Below, one piece after another: positions 45,375 through 55,228 of a stretch of 64,000 nt of DNA; the first letter of the stretch is position 1; each line of letters opens with the position of its first letter. The DNA is taken from contig JAGCWW010000050.1 of NCBI GenBank assembly GCA_017961685.1, forward strand, positions 290-64,289. The letters run 5' to 3'. Below the pieces are notes generated by a model, which searched no databases, was not told where the DNA came from, and was given only the letters and a program-made list of their open reading frames with translations. Both the position numbers and the translations under genes were made by a program. The stretch is from Acholeplasmatales bacterium. GTDB taxonomy: Bacteria; Bacillota_I; Bacilli_A; Acholeplasmatales; JAEDCM01.

Positions 45375-47034
45375 GATTGGTGCTCTAGGCGGTTTAGGAG
45401 AAATTGGTAAAAACTTATATATAGTAGAAGTTGATGAAAAAATCTTTGTTTTAGACTGTGGTATAAAAGTACCACCATCAGAATTTTTTGGTATTGATAC
45501 TATCATTCCTGATTATAAATATTTAAAGGATAATGTTGATAGAATTGAAGGAATATTTTTAACACATGCTCATGATGATCATATTAATGCACTTGCTTAT
45601 ATGATTGATGATATTAATAAAGATGTATATGCATCAAACTTCACAATGGCTTTAGTAATGGATTCGTTTCAAATAGAAAAGAAGGATCCAGCTAATTATA
45701 AATTACATGTAGTTAATGAAGATGATGTAATTGATTTTAAAGATGTAACTGTATCATTTTTTAGATTAACACACAGTGTTCCTGAAGCTTTTGGTATATC
45801 TATTAATACAGCAGATGGATCAATACTTTATACTGGTGATTATTCATTTGACCAAAACGTTGATTTAGATTATAGAACAAGTTTTGATAAACTATCAATG
45901 CTTGGAAATAGTGGTGTTCTAGCCCTTTTAAGCGATTGCTATGGTGCAAGAAATATTTCTACTGATTCATACCAAGAATTATTATTTAAACTTAATGCTA
46001 TCTTTAAAGATGCACCTGGAAGAATCATTATAACATCATTTTCAAACGATTTAAGACGTATTCAACAAATAATTGATGTTTCTCTAAAATATAACAAAAA
46101 AGTTGCTATAATTGGACGTAAGACACAAAGATTAGTTGATATCGCTATTAATCTTGGCTATATTAAAATTCCAGAAGAAAGTTTAGTAAGCTTAAGATAT
46201 ATTGATGATAAGAACTCAAACAATAATCCTGATATGGTTGTAATTGTTGCGGGTGATAGACATGAACCATACTTCATGCTTCAAAGAATGTGTAAGAAGA
46301 TTGATAGATTAATTAACATCACAAGCCTAGACACAATTATCACAATGACTACACCAACCGATGGATCTGAAAAGCTAGCCGCAAAAACACTAGATTTATT
46401 ATCTAGAGTAAATACTAGAATTCATACACTAAGTAAAAAAATACTTGAGACAAGTCATGCCACAAGAGAAGAAATAAAAATGATGATAAATATCACTAAA
46501 CCAAAATATGTTATTCCAGTTAAAGGTGAATTTAATCATCAATATGCTTTAATTGATATCGCTAATGAAATTCATTATGATATTAATAGAGTTATTATTT
46601 TAGACAATGGAGATTTCGCAATATTTAATAAAAGCGAAAGAGAACATAAGATATTATCATTCCCTGCAGGAGAAATTCTAATTGATGGTAATGTTGCGGG
46701 TGATGTTAATAGTGTTGTAATTCATGATAGAGAACAATTAAGTAAAGATGGAATATTACTAGTAATTGCTAATTTAAATCCTAAATCTAAAAACATTCTT
46801 GCCGGTCCTGAAATTGCTAGTCGTGGATTTATTAACTTAAAAGATAATCAAGATATTTATGAAGGAATAATTGATTCTTTCCATAAAGTATCAGAGAAGA
46901 TGCTAGTAAATAGATTTGTTAACTGGAATGATTATAAGAAAGAAATCAAAGATGAAATATCTAGATTCTTATATAAAGAACTACAACGTTCACCAGTTAT
47001 CATCCCTATTATAATTGCAACTGATGAAGAATAA
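45361..47034 (+). CDS. rnj: Ribonuclease J
   Basis: Beta-CASP MBL protein of 557 aa with THAHDDH. N-terminus IGALGGLGEIGKN. Confidence 0.9.
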   Translation: MPEIKIGALGGLGEIGKNLYIVEVDEKIFVLDCGIKVPPSEFFGIDTIIPDYKYLKDNVDRIEGIFLTHAHDDHINALAYMIDDINKDVYASNFTMALVMDSFQIEKKDPANYKLHVVNEDDVIDFKDVTVSFFRLTHSVPEAFGISINTADGSILYTGDYSFDQNVDLDYRTSFDKLSMLGNSGVLALLSDCYGARNISTDSYQELLFKLNAIFKDAPGRIIITSFSNDLRRIQQIIDVSLKYNKKVAIIGRKTQRLVDIAINLGYIKIPEESLVSLRYIDDKNSNNNPDMVVIVAGDRHEPYFMLQRMCKKIDRLINITSLDTIITMTTPTDGSEKLAAKTLDLLSRVNTRIHTLSKKILETSHATREEIKMMINITKPKYVIPVKGEFNHQYALIDIANEIHYDINRVIILDNGDFAIFNKSEREHKILSFPAGEILIDGNVAGDVNSVVIHDREQLSKDGILLVIANLNPKSKNILAGPEIASRGFINLKDNQDIYEGIIDSFHKVSEKMLVNRFVNWNDYKKEIKDEISRFLYKELQRSPVIIPIIIATDEE

Positions 47035-47048
47035 GAAAAAGCCTATTT

Positions 47049-48083
47049 CTAGGCTTTTTTTACTTCTTTAGTCTTATCAATTTTTAGTATGAAAGTAGAA
47101 CCTTTATCAAGCTCAGATATAATTTCAAGTTCATATCCTTCAAAATCAATAATTTTTTTAACAATACTCATTCCAAGACCACATCCATTATTATGTGATT
47201 TATCTGCTTGAAATGATACATCATAAATATGCGCAATAGTATTTTCACTCATACCTATACCATCATCACTAATAATAAATTTAACAATATTATTTTCTTC
47301 ATGAAGCGACATAAATATTTTTGATTTAGTATACTTAATCGCATTGTTTAAAAGATTGTTTATTATTTGATAAATATGTATTTCTCTTGCTTTTATTTTA
47401 ACTGGATCAATCGCAAATGATAAATTTAAATTACCTATCTTTTGATCATTTTCAACGATTATTTCTTTTATAAGTTCATCCATATCAATTTCTTCAATTT
47501 CAAAATGAGCTGTTTTAACTCCGATGTTCGCAAGTTGTAAAATACTATCAGATAATGTATTTAATCTTCTTGATTCTTTAATAATGATATCAACGAATTC
47601 TTTTCTTTCTTCATCAGTTAATGATGGTTCACTAAGTAATTCAGCATAATTACATATTGAATTTATTGGTGTTCTACATTCATGCGAGAAGTTAGAAATA
47701 AAATCGCTTCTTAAAATTTCAATTTGACTTAATTCATCACTCATCTTATTAAACGCAATAGAAACGTCTTTAAATAAGGTATTATCATTAGGATTTAATT
47801 TATAATCGAAATTACCTTTAGAAGCCTCTAATATGGCTTTAAATAAGTCTTCGTTATAATTTTTAGCGCTCCTGCTAGTTATCATACTAATAATTATAGT
47901 AATAAATACGCAAAGTAATACCGCAACTAAAATACGTAAAACGAAGTCTTTAACAGTAAAACTTAAAAATCCATAAGCTAAACCTAGATAAGTAACTGAA
48001 ATAGAGAATATAGATGTTACTAAGAAAGATATGAATACCCCCGTAGAAAAGTTAGAGAAGAAACTTTCCTTTTTATTATTCAT
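47049..48083 (-). CDS. Sensor histidine kinase
   Basis: Two N-terminal TM segments. H-box FISNFSHECRTPI. N, G1 and G2 boxes (NNLLNNAIKY, DDGIGM, GLGMSIV). Confidence 0.85.
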   Translation of the reverse strand: MNNKKESFFSNFSTGVFISFLVTSIFSISVTYLGLAYGFLSFTVKDFVLRILVAVLLCVFITIIISMITSRSAKNYNEDLFKAILEASKGNFDYKLNPNDNTLFKDVSIAFNKMSDELSQIEILRSDFISNFSHECRTPINSICNYAELLSEPSLTDEERKEFVDIIIKESRRLNTLSDSILQLANIGVKTAHFEIEEIDMDELIKEIIVENDQKIGNLNLSFAIDPVKIKAREIHIYQIINNLLNNAIKYTKSKIFMSLHEENNIVKFIISDDGIGMSENTIAHIYDVSFQADKSHNNGCGLGMSIVKKIIDFEGYELEIISELDKGSTFILKIDKTKEVKKA

Positions 48084-48750
48084 CTTTCTTTACCGCCTTA
48101 TATCCTAAGCCCCTTACAGTTTTTATTTCAAATGGATAATCAGGGAATCTATTTCTAATTCTATTAATGTGTACTTTAATTGTATTTTCATCTGTAGAAG
48201 TATCCATTCCCCAAATTTCATTCATGATTTGTTCTTTTGTAAATACTTGATCAGGATATGATAATAATTTAAATAATAAGTAGAACTCTTTCTTAGGAAT
48301 AACAGTTACTTCATCACCCCTAGTAACACTTAATCCGTTATAATCAAGTAAAACATCCCCAACAGTAATTTGATGAGATGTATTTATTTTTGCTCTTCTA
48401 AGTAAAGCTTTAACTCTTAAAATTAATTCTTCACGTTCAAATGGTTTTGTTAGGTAATCATCAGCACCTAAATCAAAACACTTTCTCTTATCGATAATAG
48501 AAGTTCTTGCAGTTAAAATTAGGATAGGAGTTGCAAAGCCATTATTTCTAATTGCTTTTGTTAATTCAAATCCATCCATAACATTCATCATTAAATCGAC
48601 AATAAATAATTTAATGTCATATTTATTCATTAAATCTAATGCTTCACTACCATTTTTAGCTTCAATTACTGTAAATTGATTTGCTTTTAGTAAGAAATGT
48701 ATTAAACGTCTTGTTGAATCATCGTCTTCAACTACCATAATATTAATCAT
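48076..48750 (-). CDS. OmpR-family response regulator
   Basis: Receiver domain (VVEDD...DLMM) plus a winged-helix C-terminus (VRGLGYK). It overlaps the kinase gene by 8 nt. Confidence 0.9.
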   Translation of the reverse strand: MINIMVVEDDDSTRRLIHFLLKANQFTVIEAKNGSEALDLMNKYDIKLFIVDLMMNVMDGFELTKAIRNNGFATPILILTARTSIIDKRKCFDLGADDYLTKPFEREELILRVKALLRRAKINTSHQITVGDVLLDYNGLSVTRGDEVTVIPKKEFYLLFKLLSYPDQVFTKEQIMNEIWGMDTSTDENTIKVHINRIRNRFPDYPFEIKTVRGLGYKAVKKDE

Positions 48751-48860
48751 GTAAATCTCCTCCTTATATATGCATTCATACTATATATATTTTAACATAT
48801 AATTTACCTAAATAATATATTTATTTACTTACTAAATATAAAAAAAATTAACTTAAACGC

Positions 48861-48980
48861 AAAAAAAAGGATTCAAATGAATCCTTTTTGATAGTAAAAC
48901 TGGTAAAACGATAAGCATTGGGGAGTTGCTAAAATACTCAAGATATATGGGGGAGAGATATAAAATAAGTCGAATTACCA
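48861..48980 (-). ncRNA. Candidate small RNA (or leader) with two C-rich motifs and a strong terminator
   Basis: On the minus strand, CUCCCCC (complement of 48949-48957) and CUCCCC (complement of 48920-48925) are followed by GGATTC-loop-GAATCC plus U8 (48861-48884). The 5' end is not defined. A weak TATAAG lies at 48987-48992. Confidence 0.3.
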
Positions 48981-49121
48981 TATTTACTTATACTATCTAC
49001 CTTCATAATAAGGCTAATATGTTAAACGAAAGTAAATATTACGTGATAATTTCGTGAAATTTCGAATTTGTTTACATTTAAATAACAAAATTAACCTTTT
49101 TTGTCTATAAAAACGTTTTTT

Positions 49122-49151
49122 TTATCAGAATTTATATCTATGTGATATAAT
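49122..49151 (+). promoter_or_regulatory. Promoter of the ECF S-component / coaX operon
   Basis: TTATCA, an 18-nt spacer, then the extended -10 TGATATAAT (49143-49151). Confidence 0.45.
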
Positions 49152-49216
49152 TATTATGGATCTAAAAGATCTACTTATGGGACCCATCGCGGCCTAGAAA
49201 GAGAGGAAAATTAAAT

Positions 49217-49903
49217 ATGAAAAACAGTTTAAAAATTAAAAGAATGGTAGGAATTGCAATTCTAGCAGCTATTGTTATTGTCCTACAAGTTCTATCGAAC
49301 TACGTTCAATTTGGTGCTATCAGTATTACATTAGCATTAATTCCAATTGCAGTGGGAGCTATTTTATATGGACCTATCGCAGGAGCAATACTTGGAGCAC
49401 TTATGGGTGTAATTGTACTTACAGCCCCATCAACACAAGCTTATTTCTTTGTAAATAATCCTTGGGCAACAATTTTCTTATGCCTACTAAAAACAGGAAT
49501 CGCCGGAATCGTTGCTGGATTATTATTCAAACTATTTGCACACTTTGCAAAGAAAACAGATAACACAAAGAAGAAGAATGTGTTATTCGCTATAGGAATT
49601 ATCGCTGCTACATTAATTATTCCTGTAATCAATACTTCCTTATTTATTGGAGGAGCTGCCTTATTCTTCCTAGATTCAGTATACGGAGGATCAACAATGG
49701 CAATTATCACTGGTGTATTTACAACAAACTTCTTAATTGAATTTATTGTAAGTGCTGTATTATCACCAGCAATTGTTACATTAATTAAGGTATTAGTAAG
49801 CAAAAATGATTTAGGATTCACAAATGATTTTGATGAATTTATTGACTATAAAGATATTGAAGACGAAATAGATGATTTAGAAGAAATAGAAGATTTAGCA
49901 TAG
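49217..49903 (+). CDS. ECF transporter S component (possibly pantothenate-specific) with an acidic C-terminal tail
   Basis: Small 6-TM protein with a typical S-component N-terminus (IAILAAIVIVLQ...). It sits directly upstream of coaX. The tail is DFDEFIDYKDIEDEIDDLEEIEDLA. Confidence 0.6.
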   Translation: MKNSLKIKRMVGIAILAAIVIVLQVLSNYVQFGAISITLALIPIAVGAILYGPIAGAILGALMGVIVLTAPSTQAYFFVNNPWATIFLCLLKTGIAGIVAGLLFKLFAHFAKKTDNTKKKNVLFAIGIIAATLIIPVINTSLFIGGAALFFLDSVYGGSTMAIITGVFTTNFLIEFIVSAVLSPAIVTLIKVLVSKNDLGFTNDFDEFIDYKDIEDEIDDLEEIEDLA

Positions 49904-49920
49904 AAATAGAAGGTGAGCAA

Positions 49921-50667
49921 ATGGTATTATTAGTTGATGTAGGAAATTCAAATATCGTATTTGGATTTGCTAATGAAAAAGAAATAGTTGATACTTTTAG
50001 ATTTAAAAGCTTAACTGATATTACAACAGATGAATATTATTTACTTATAAAAACTATGCTTGATAAATATAACGTGGAAGACGTTATAATTTCATCAGTT
50101 GTACCAGTAATTACTAGTGCACTAAAAAAATTATTTAATAAATATTTAAAGAAAGAACCATTAATAATTGGTCCTGGTGTTAAAACAGGAATTGAACTTA
50201 AATGTGATGATCCAAAGACAGTTGGAGCAGATATGATTTGTGATTGTGCAGGAGCTATGAAATACTTTAATGAAGCGATTATCATTGATTTAGGTACTGC
50301 AACAAAATATATCTACGCAAAGAATAATAAGTTCTTAGGATGCTCTATTGCTCCAGGGGTTTCAATTTCAATGAAGGCCTTAGTTAACAATGCTGCATTA
50401 CTTCCACAATTTGAACTTATTACACCTAAAAAGGTATTATCAACTAATACAATTAATTGTCTACAATCAGGAGTACTATTTGGTGCATCAAGCCAAGTAG
50501 ATGGCATGATTGATAAGATTTTAGATGAACTTGATAATAAGGATGTTCCAGTGCTTGCTACAGGTGGATTATCAAAAGTAATTATTCCTTTATGTAATCA
50601 TAAAATAATGCAAGTTGATAACTTAACATTATACGGATTACTTGATATTTATTATAAAAACAAATAA
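49921..50667 (+). CDS. coaX: Type III pantothenate kinase
   Basis: N-terminus LLVDVGNSN, with DLGTA and TGG motifs, 248 aa. Confidence 0.85.
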   Translation: MVLLVDVGNSNIVFGFANEKEIVDTFRFKSLTDITTDEYYLLIKTMLDKYNVEDVIISSVVPVITSALKKLFNKYLKKEPLIIGPGVKTGIELKCDDPKTVGADMICDCAGAMKYFNEAIIIDLGTATKYIYAKNNKFLGCSIAPGVSISMKALVNNAALLPQFELITPKKVLSTNTINCLQSGVLFGASSQVDGMIDKILDELDNKDVPVLATGGLSKVIIPLCNHKIMQVDNLTLYGLLDIYYKNK

Positions 50668-50745
50668 GACTACGAATATGTAGTCTTTTTCTTTTCTATT
50701 GATATTCACCTATTTATTTTGTAAAATAAATATGAGGCGATTGTT

Positions 50746-51798
50746 ATGGAAAATACAAAAGTTAAACATCCAGGAATAATTATTCAAGATGAAATGGAAA
50801 AGATGAAAATGAGTCTAAACGAATTTTCAATTAGAACAATGATTCCAAGTAAAACATTAACTAAATTATTTGCTGGTGAAATAAACTTAACAACAGATAT
50901 GTCAAAAAAACTAGCTATGTTTTTTAATAAACCTATTGAAGATGTAATGAATCTTCAAACTAAATATGATGAATATTTAATTAATAAAGAAATATTAAAA
51001 AACATTGATAATGAATATGAAATAGCTAAAATCTTTGATAAGAACTTTATAAAAGAAGTAGCTAATATAAAAGCTACTGCGAATAATAAGGTTGAATTAG
51101 TTGAAAAACTTAGAAACTCATTTATGGTTAATTCACTTGAAATCTTAAAGGATATAAACCTTTATGGTTTAAATAAGATCTTTAAGGATAAAGAATTTAG
51201 TGAAAATGAAATAATTATGCATAACGCATATATTTCATATGCAATGTATCAATCTAGATTTGCTAAGAGTTTCTCATTTGATTATAAGAATAATACACAA
51301 TTAATTGAAGAACTTAAAAAGATTACTTTTGAAACAAAAAATCAATTATATAGCCTAATGGAAAAACTTAATAAATACGGTGTAAAAATAGTTTTAATGC
51401 CTTATTTAAAAGACTTAAAGATTACTTCATTTATTAAGTTATCACCAGAAGATAATTCCGTAGTTTTAGGTGTAAGTACAAATTCACTTGATGCTTTTGA
51501 TATTTGGTATAAAATACATGCTGAAATAGCTTATACTTACAAGATTCATACAAAATTACTTTCAATTACTTATGATGATAAATATGATGAATATGCAACT
51601 AAGTTTGCAACATGTACTCTAATTAACCCACAAGCATATGATTATTTTGTATCACTTCATGATTTTGAAAGTAAAGCAATTGATATTTTTAGTAAGAAAA
51701 TTGATACAGCTAAATTTATAATAGTTGGTAAGCTTAAAAAAGATAAACTTATTCCTAAAAAAGCTCTTCCAAAAGAAACTATTACATATAAGATTTAA
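50746..51798 (+). CDS. HigA/XRE-type HTH protein fused to a degenerate ImmA/IrrE (DUF955)-like domain
   Basis: N-terminus HPGIIIQDEMEKMKMSLNEFS...INLTTDMSKKLA. The C-terminus shows the DUF955 pattern, but HAEIAY stands where HExxH is expected. The downstream EYATKFATCTLINP matches E..AN.FA..LL.P. Confidence 0.5.
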   Translation: MENTKVKHPGIIIQDEMEKMKMSLNEFSIRTMIPSKTLTKLFAGEINLTTDMSKKLAMFFNKPIEDVMNLQTKYDEYLINKEILKNIDNEYEIAKIFDKNFIKEVANIKATANNKVELVEKLRNSFMVNSLEILKDINLYGLNKIFKDKEFSENEIIMHNAYISYAMYQSRFAKSFSFDYKNNTQLIEELKKITFETKNQLYSLMEKLNKYGVKIVLMPYLKDLKITSFIKLSPEDNSVVLGVSTNSLDAFDIWYKIHAEIAYTYKIHTKLLSITYDDKYDEYATKFATCTLINPQAYDYFVSLHDFESKAIDIFSKKIDTAKFIIVGKLKKDKLIPKKALPKETITYKI

Positions 51799-51878
51799 GG
51801 ACTATTTATTAGTCCTTTTTTAATTATATATATTTAAATAATTGCATATCTATGGTAAAATATAAAGAGGTGATAGAT

Positions 51879-52778
51879 ATGAATTATGTAGAAGAAATTA
51901 ACAAACTAAAAAAAGAAAAAAATGCTATTATTCTTGCTCATTATTATCAAAAAGGTGAGGTACAAGATGTAGCGGATTATTTAGGTGATTCATACAATTT
52001 AAGTGTTATTGCGAAAAATAGTGATGCGAAAATCATTGTTTTTTGTGGCGTAACTTTTATGGGTGAAACGGCTAAAATCTTATCACCAGAAAAGAAAGTA
52101 TTAATGCCTCATAAAGTCTTACCTTGTAAAATGGCTAATGACATTACTGCTAAAGATTTATTAGAATATAAGAAGAAAAATCCTGATAGAATTATTATTT
52201 CTTATGTTAATACAAATGCCGATATTAAGGCCTTATCTGATTGTTGCGTAACTAGTTCTAATGCGTTAAAAATATTAGAACACTATAAAGATAAAAAGAT
52301 ACTTTACTGCCCAGATAAGAATCTAGCAACTTATGCCAAAAATAAGTATGGATATGATATTGATCTATGGAATGGTAATTGTAATATACATGATGAATTA
52401 ACAGTTGATGATGTTAATAAACTTAAAGCTGAACATCCAAACGCATTAGTATTAATTCATCCTGAAGCAAGATTTGATGTAGCTAGTCTTGCTGATTATG
52501 CAGGTAGTACTAAAGGTATAATTGATTATGTTAATAAATCTGATAAGGATGAATTTATTATTGGTACTGAATGTGGTATTATTCATGAACTTGAAAAGAA
52601 AAATCCAAATAAGAAATTTTATTTATTAAACAAATGCTTAGTTTGTAAGTTTATGAAATTAATATCTTTAGAAGATGTTTATAACTGTTTAAAAGATGAA
52701 AAGTTTGAAATAAAAGTAGATGAAGAAATAAGAAGTAAAGCGCAAAAAGCACTTGATAAAATGCTTGAATTAAGTTAG
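51879..52778 (+). CDS. nadA: Quinolinate synthase
   Basis: ILAHYYQ motif and about 300 aa. The start is ATG at 51879, after AGAGGTGA. Confidence 0.9.
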   Translation: MNYVEEINKLKKEKNAIILAHYYQKGEVQDVADYLGDSYNLSVIAKNSDAKIIVFCGVTFMGETAKILSPEKKVLMPHKVLPCKMANDITAKDLLEYKKKNPDRIIISYVNTNADIKALSDCCVTSSNALKILEHYKDKKILYCPDKNLATYAKNKYGYDIDLWNGNCNIHDELTVDDVNKLKAEHPNALVLIHPEARFDVASLADYAGSTKGIIDYVNKSDKDEFIIGTECGIIHELEKKNPNKKFYLLNKCLVCKFMKLISLEDVYNCLKDEKFEIKVDEEIRSKAQKALDKMLELS

Positions 52779-52789
52779 AAGGTGTTATT

Positions 52790-54280
52790 ATGGATACAAA
52801 ATATAATGTTTTAATTTTAGGCGGTGGCTTAGCTGGTATGTTTATAGCCTTAAACTTACCTAAAGAAATTAAAATTGCTATTGTTATGAAAGATACAAAA
52901 GATATCGCTAATTCAGAGCTTGCACAAGGCGGTATTGCAGCTGAATTAACAAAAAATGATGAAGCTTTAAAAAAACATATCGAAGATACACTAAAAGCAG
53001 GAAGTAATGTTAATGATTTAAATGCAACTAAAACATTAGTTTATGAAGCAAGTGAAAACATTGAAAAGCTAATGGAATTTGGTGTTGAATTTGATAAAGA
53101 TAAAGAAGGACATTTATTACTTGCTCAAGAAGGTGGGCATAGAGGAAGAAGAATATTACGTGCTGGTGGAGATGCAACAGGACGTGAAATCATGCGTGCT
53201 TTAAAGAAAAGAATTGTGGAAAAAGAAAATGTCACAATCTTTGAAGAAACAATGTCTACTGATTTAATCATAAAAGATGGTAAATGTATTGGAGCAACTT
53301 TAATTGATAAGGATAACAATATGTTTGATTGTATAGCAAGTAAAACAGTTATCGCTACAGGCGGATTAGGTGCTGTTTATAAAAACTCAACTAACCCTAA
53401 AATTGCTACAGGCGATGGTATAGCTATGGCTTATAGAGCTAATGTTGAATGCGAAAACTTAGAGTTTATACAATTCCACCCAACAGGTTTCTATACTGAA
53501 GAAGATGGTCAAAAATTTTTAATCAGTGAAGCTGTTAGAGGCGAAGGCGCACAATTGAAAAATGTCGATGGGGAGCGCTTTATGGGTAAATATGATGAAA
53601 GAATGGAATTAGCACCAAGAGATATCGTAAGTCAATCAATTTATAGAGAAATGTATGATACATGGAGTGATCATGTATACTTAGATATTACATTTGAATC
53701 TAAAGAATTCTTACAAGAAAGATTCCCTACAATTTATAATAAAGTTTTAGAATATGGTATACATATGGAGAAAGACTTTATACCTGTTGCACCAGTAGAA
53801 CATTTCTCTTGCGGTGGTATTAAAATTGATTTAGATGGTAAAACAAACTTAGAAAACTTATATGCAAATGGTGAATGTGCATGTAGTGGTGTACATGGAG
53901 CTAACCGTTTAGCTTCTAATTCACTTTTAGAATGTGTTGTATTTGGTAATAGAATTGCTGAAGATATTAAACGCAGTGATTTAACTATTCCAGATGTAGA
54001 ACCTAAAACACATACAGTAACACATAAGATGTTTAGTTTCCATCCAATCCGTAGTGAAATTAGAGATGTAATGGATAAATATGTTGGAATTGTTAGAAGT
54101 GAAGAAGGACTAGAAATTGCTAAAAAGATTATTGGTAGACACTTTAAGAACTTAAGTAAAACACTAGTTCATTCACATTACTATTATGAAACACTTAACA
54201 TGGCTACAACAGCTATGATGATTATTGAAGCTGCACTAAAGAGAAAGGAGTCAGTTGGCTGCCACTTTAGAGTCAACTAG
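52790..54280 (+). CDS. nadB: L-aspartate oxidase
   Basis: FAD motif ILGGGLAG, with HPTG and GANRLASNSLLE. Confidence 0.9.
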   Translation: MDTKYNVLILGGGLAGMFIALNLPKEIKIAIVMKDTKDIANSELAQGGIAAELTKNDEALKKHIEDTLKAGSNVNDLNATKTLVYEASENIEKLMEFGVEFDKDKEGHLLLAQEGGHRGRRILRAGGDATGREIMRALKKRIVEKENVTIFEETMSTDLIIKDGKCIGATLIDKDNNMFDCIASKTVIATGGLGAVYKNSTNPKIATGDGIAMAYRANVECENLEFIQFHPTGFYTEEDGQKFLISEAVRGEGAQLKNVDGERFMGKYDERMELAPRDIVSQSIYREMYDTWSDHVYLDITFESKEFLQERFPTIYNKVLEYGIHMEKDFIPVAPVEHFSCGGIKIDLDGKTNLENLYANGECACSGVHGANRLASNSLLECVVFGNRIAEDIKRSDLTIPDVEPKTHTVTHKMFSFHPIRSEIRDVMDKYVGIVRSEEGLEIAKKIIGRHFKNLSKTLVHSHYYYETLNMATTAMMIIEAALKRKESVGCHFRVN

Positions 54281-54287
54281 TAATTAT

Positions 54288-55118
54288 ATGACTAATAAAG
54301 AAATTGATTTATTCTTAAAAAATGCATTAGATGAAGATATGCCAAAAGGAGATATTACAACTGATAATATAATTGATCCAAATGAAATATCTTATGCAGA
54401 ATTCATTGCTAAAGAAAATGGCGTAATTTCGGGAATTAACTATGCTAAAAGAACATTTGATTTAATTGGTGGAAACGTTGATTTTAAGATCTTTAAACAA
54501 GATGGTGAAAAAGTAGTTAAAGGTGATTTAATCGCAACTATTAAAGGTAATACTAGAACAATTTTAAAAGGTGAAAGAACTTCACTAAATCTTTTACAAT
54601 ATATGTCAGGTATTGCAACTACAACTAATAATTACTTATCTTATATGTCAGGTAAAACAGAATTGCTTGATACTAGAAAGACTACTCCAGGTATGCGTTT
54701 CTTTGCTAAAAAGGCTGTTAAAGATGGTGGAGGAACAAACCACCGTTATGGCTTATCTGATATGGTTTTAATTAAGGATAATCATATTGAAGCTGCTGGA
54801 TCTATTACAAATGCTGTTAATATGGTTTATGGAAAAGTTAATTGTAAAATTGAAGTTGAAGTAGAAACTATGGAACAATTCCTAGAAGCTTTAAAAACTC
54901 CATGTGATATTATTATGTTAGATAACATGAATAATGAACTAATGAGCAAATGCGTTAAAATTAATAACGGATTAAAGAAGCTAGAAGCTAGTGGTAATAT
55001 GACATTTGAAAGATTAGATTCTGTTTGTAAAACAGGAGTTGACTACATTAGCGTTGGAGCTTTAACTCATTCATTTAAAGCTTTGGATATATCACTTAAA
55101 TTTAAAGATGAGAAATAA
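54288..55118 (+). CDS. nadC: Nicotinate-nucleotide diphosphorylase (carboxylating)
   Basis: Motifs GERTSLN, TRKTTPG, DNH and MLDN. The start is ATG at 54288, just after the nadB stop. Confidence 0.9.
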   Translation: MTNKEIDLFLKNALDEDMPKGDITTDNIIDPNEISYAEFIAKENGVISGINYAKRTFDLIGGNVDFKIFKQDGEKVVKGDLIATIKGNTRTILKGERTSLNLLQYMSGIATTTNNYLSYMSGKTELLDTRKTTPGMRFFAKKAVKDGGGTNHRYGLSDMVLIKDNHIEAAGSITNAVNMVYGKVNCKIEVEVETMEQFLEALKTPCDIIMLDNMNNELMSKCVKINNGLKKLEASGNMTFERLDSVCKTGVDYISVGALTHSFKALDISLKFKDEK

Positions 55119-55228
55119 GAGGGTTAATCCCTCTTTTTTACTTAAAAAAATTTATAATAATATTATAATTTTTATTGAAATAAAATATTATAAAAGTTAT
55201 AATTAAAACGAATGAAAGGATTGATATT

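Noticed and set aside
48891-49060. Short ORFs in the RR / ECF intergenic region (a 36-aa plus-strand ORF from the ATG at about 48946 and a 22-aa minus-strand ORF)
   Set aside because: Neither has a correctly spaced SD. On the plus strand the GGGGAG is 21 nt from the ATG. The G/C-rich motifs are better explained as RNA elements.
49152-49216. Riboswitch in the leader of the ECF S-component gene
   Set aside because: The leader is only ~60 nt and has no recognisable conserved riboswitch core. No terminator or antiterminator pair is present.
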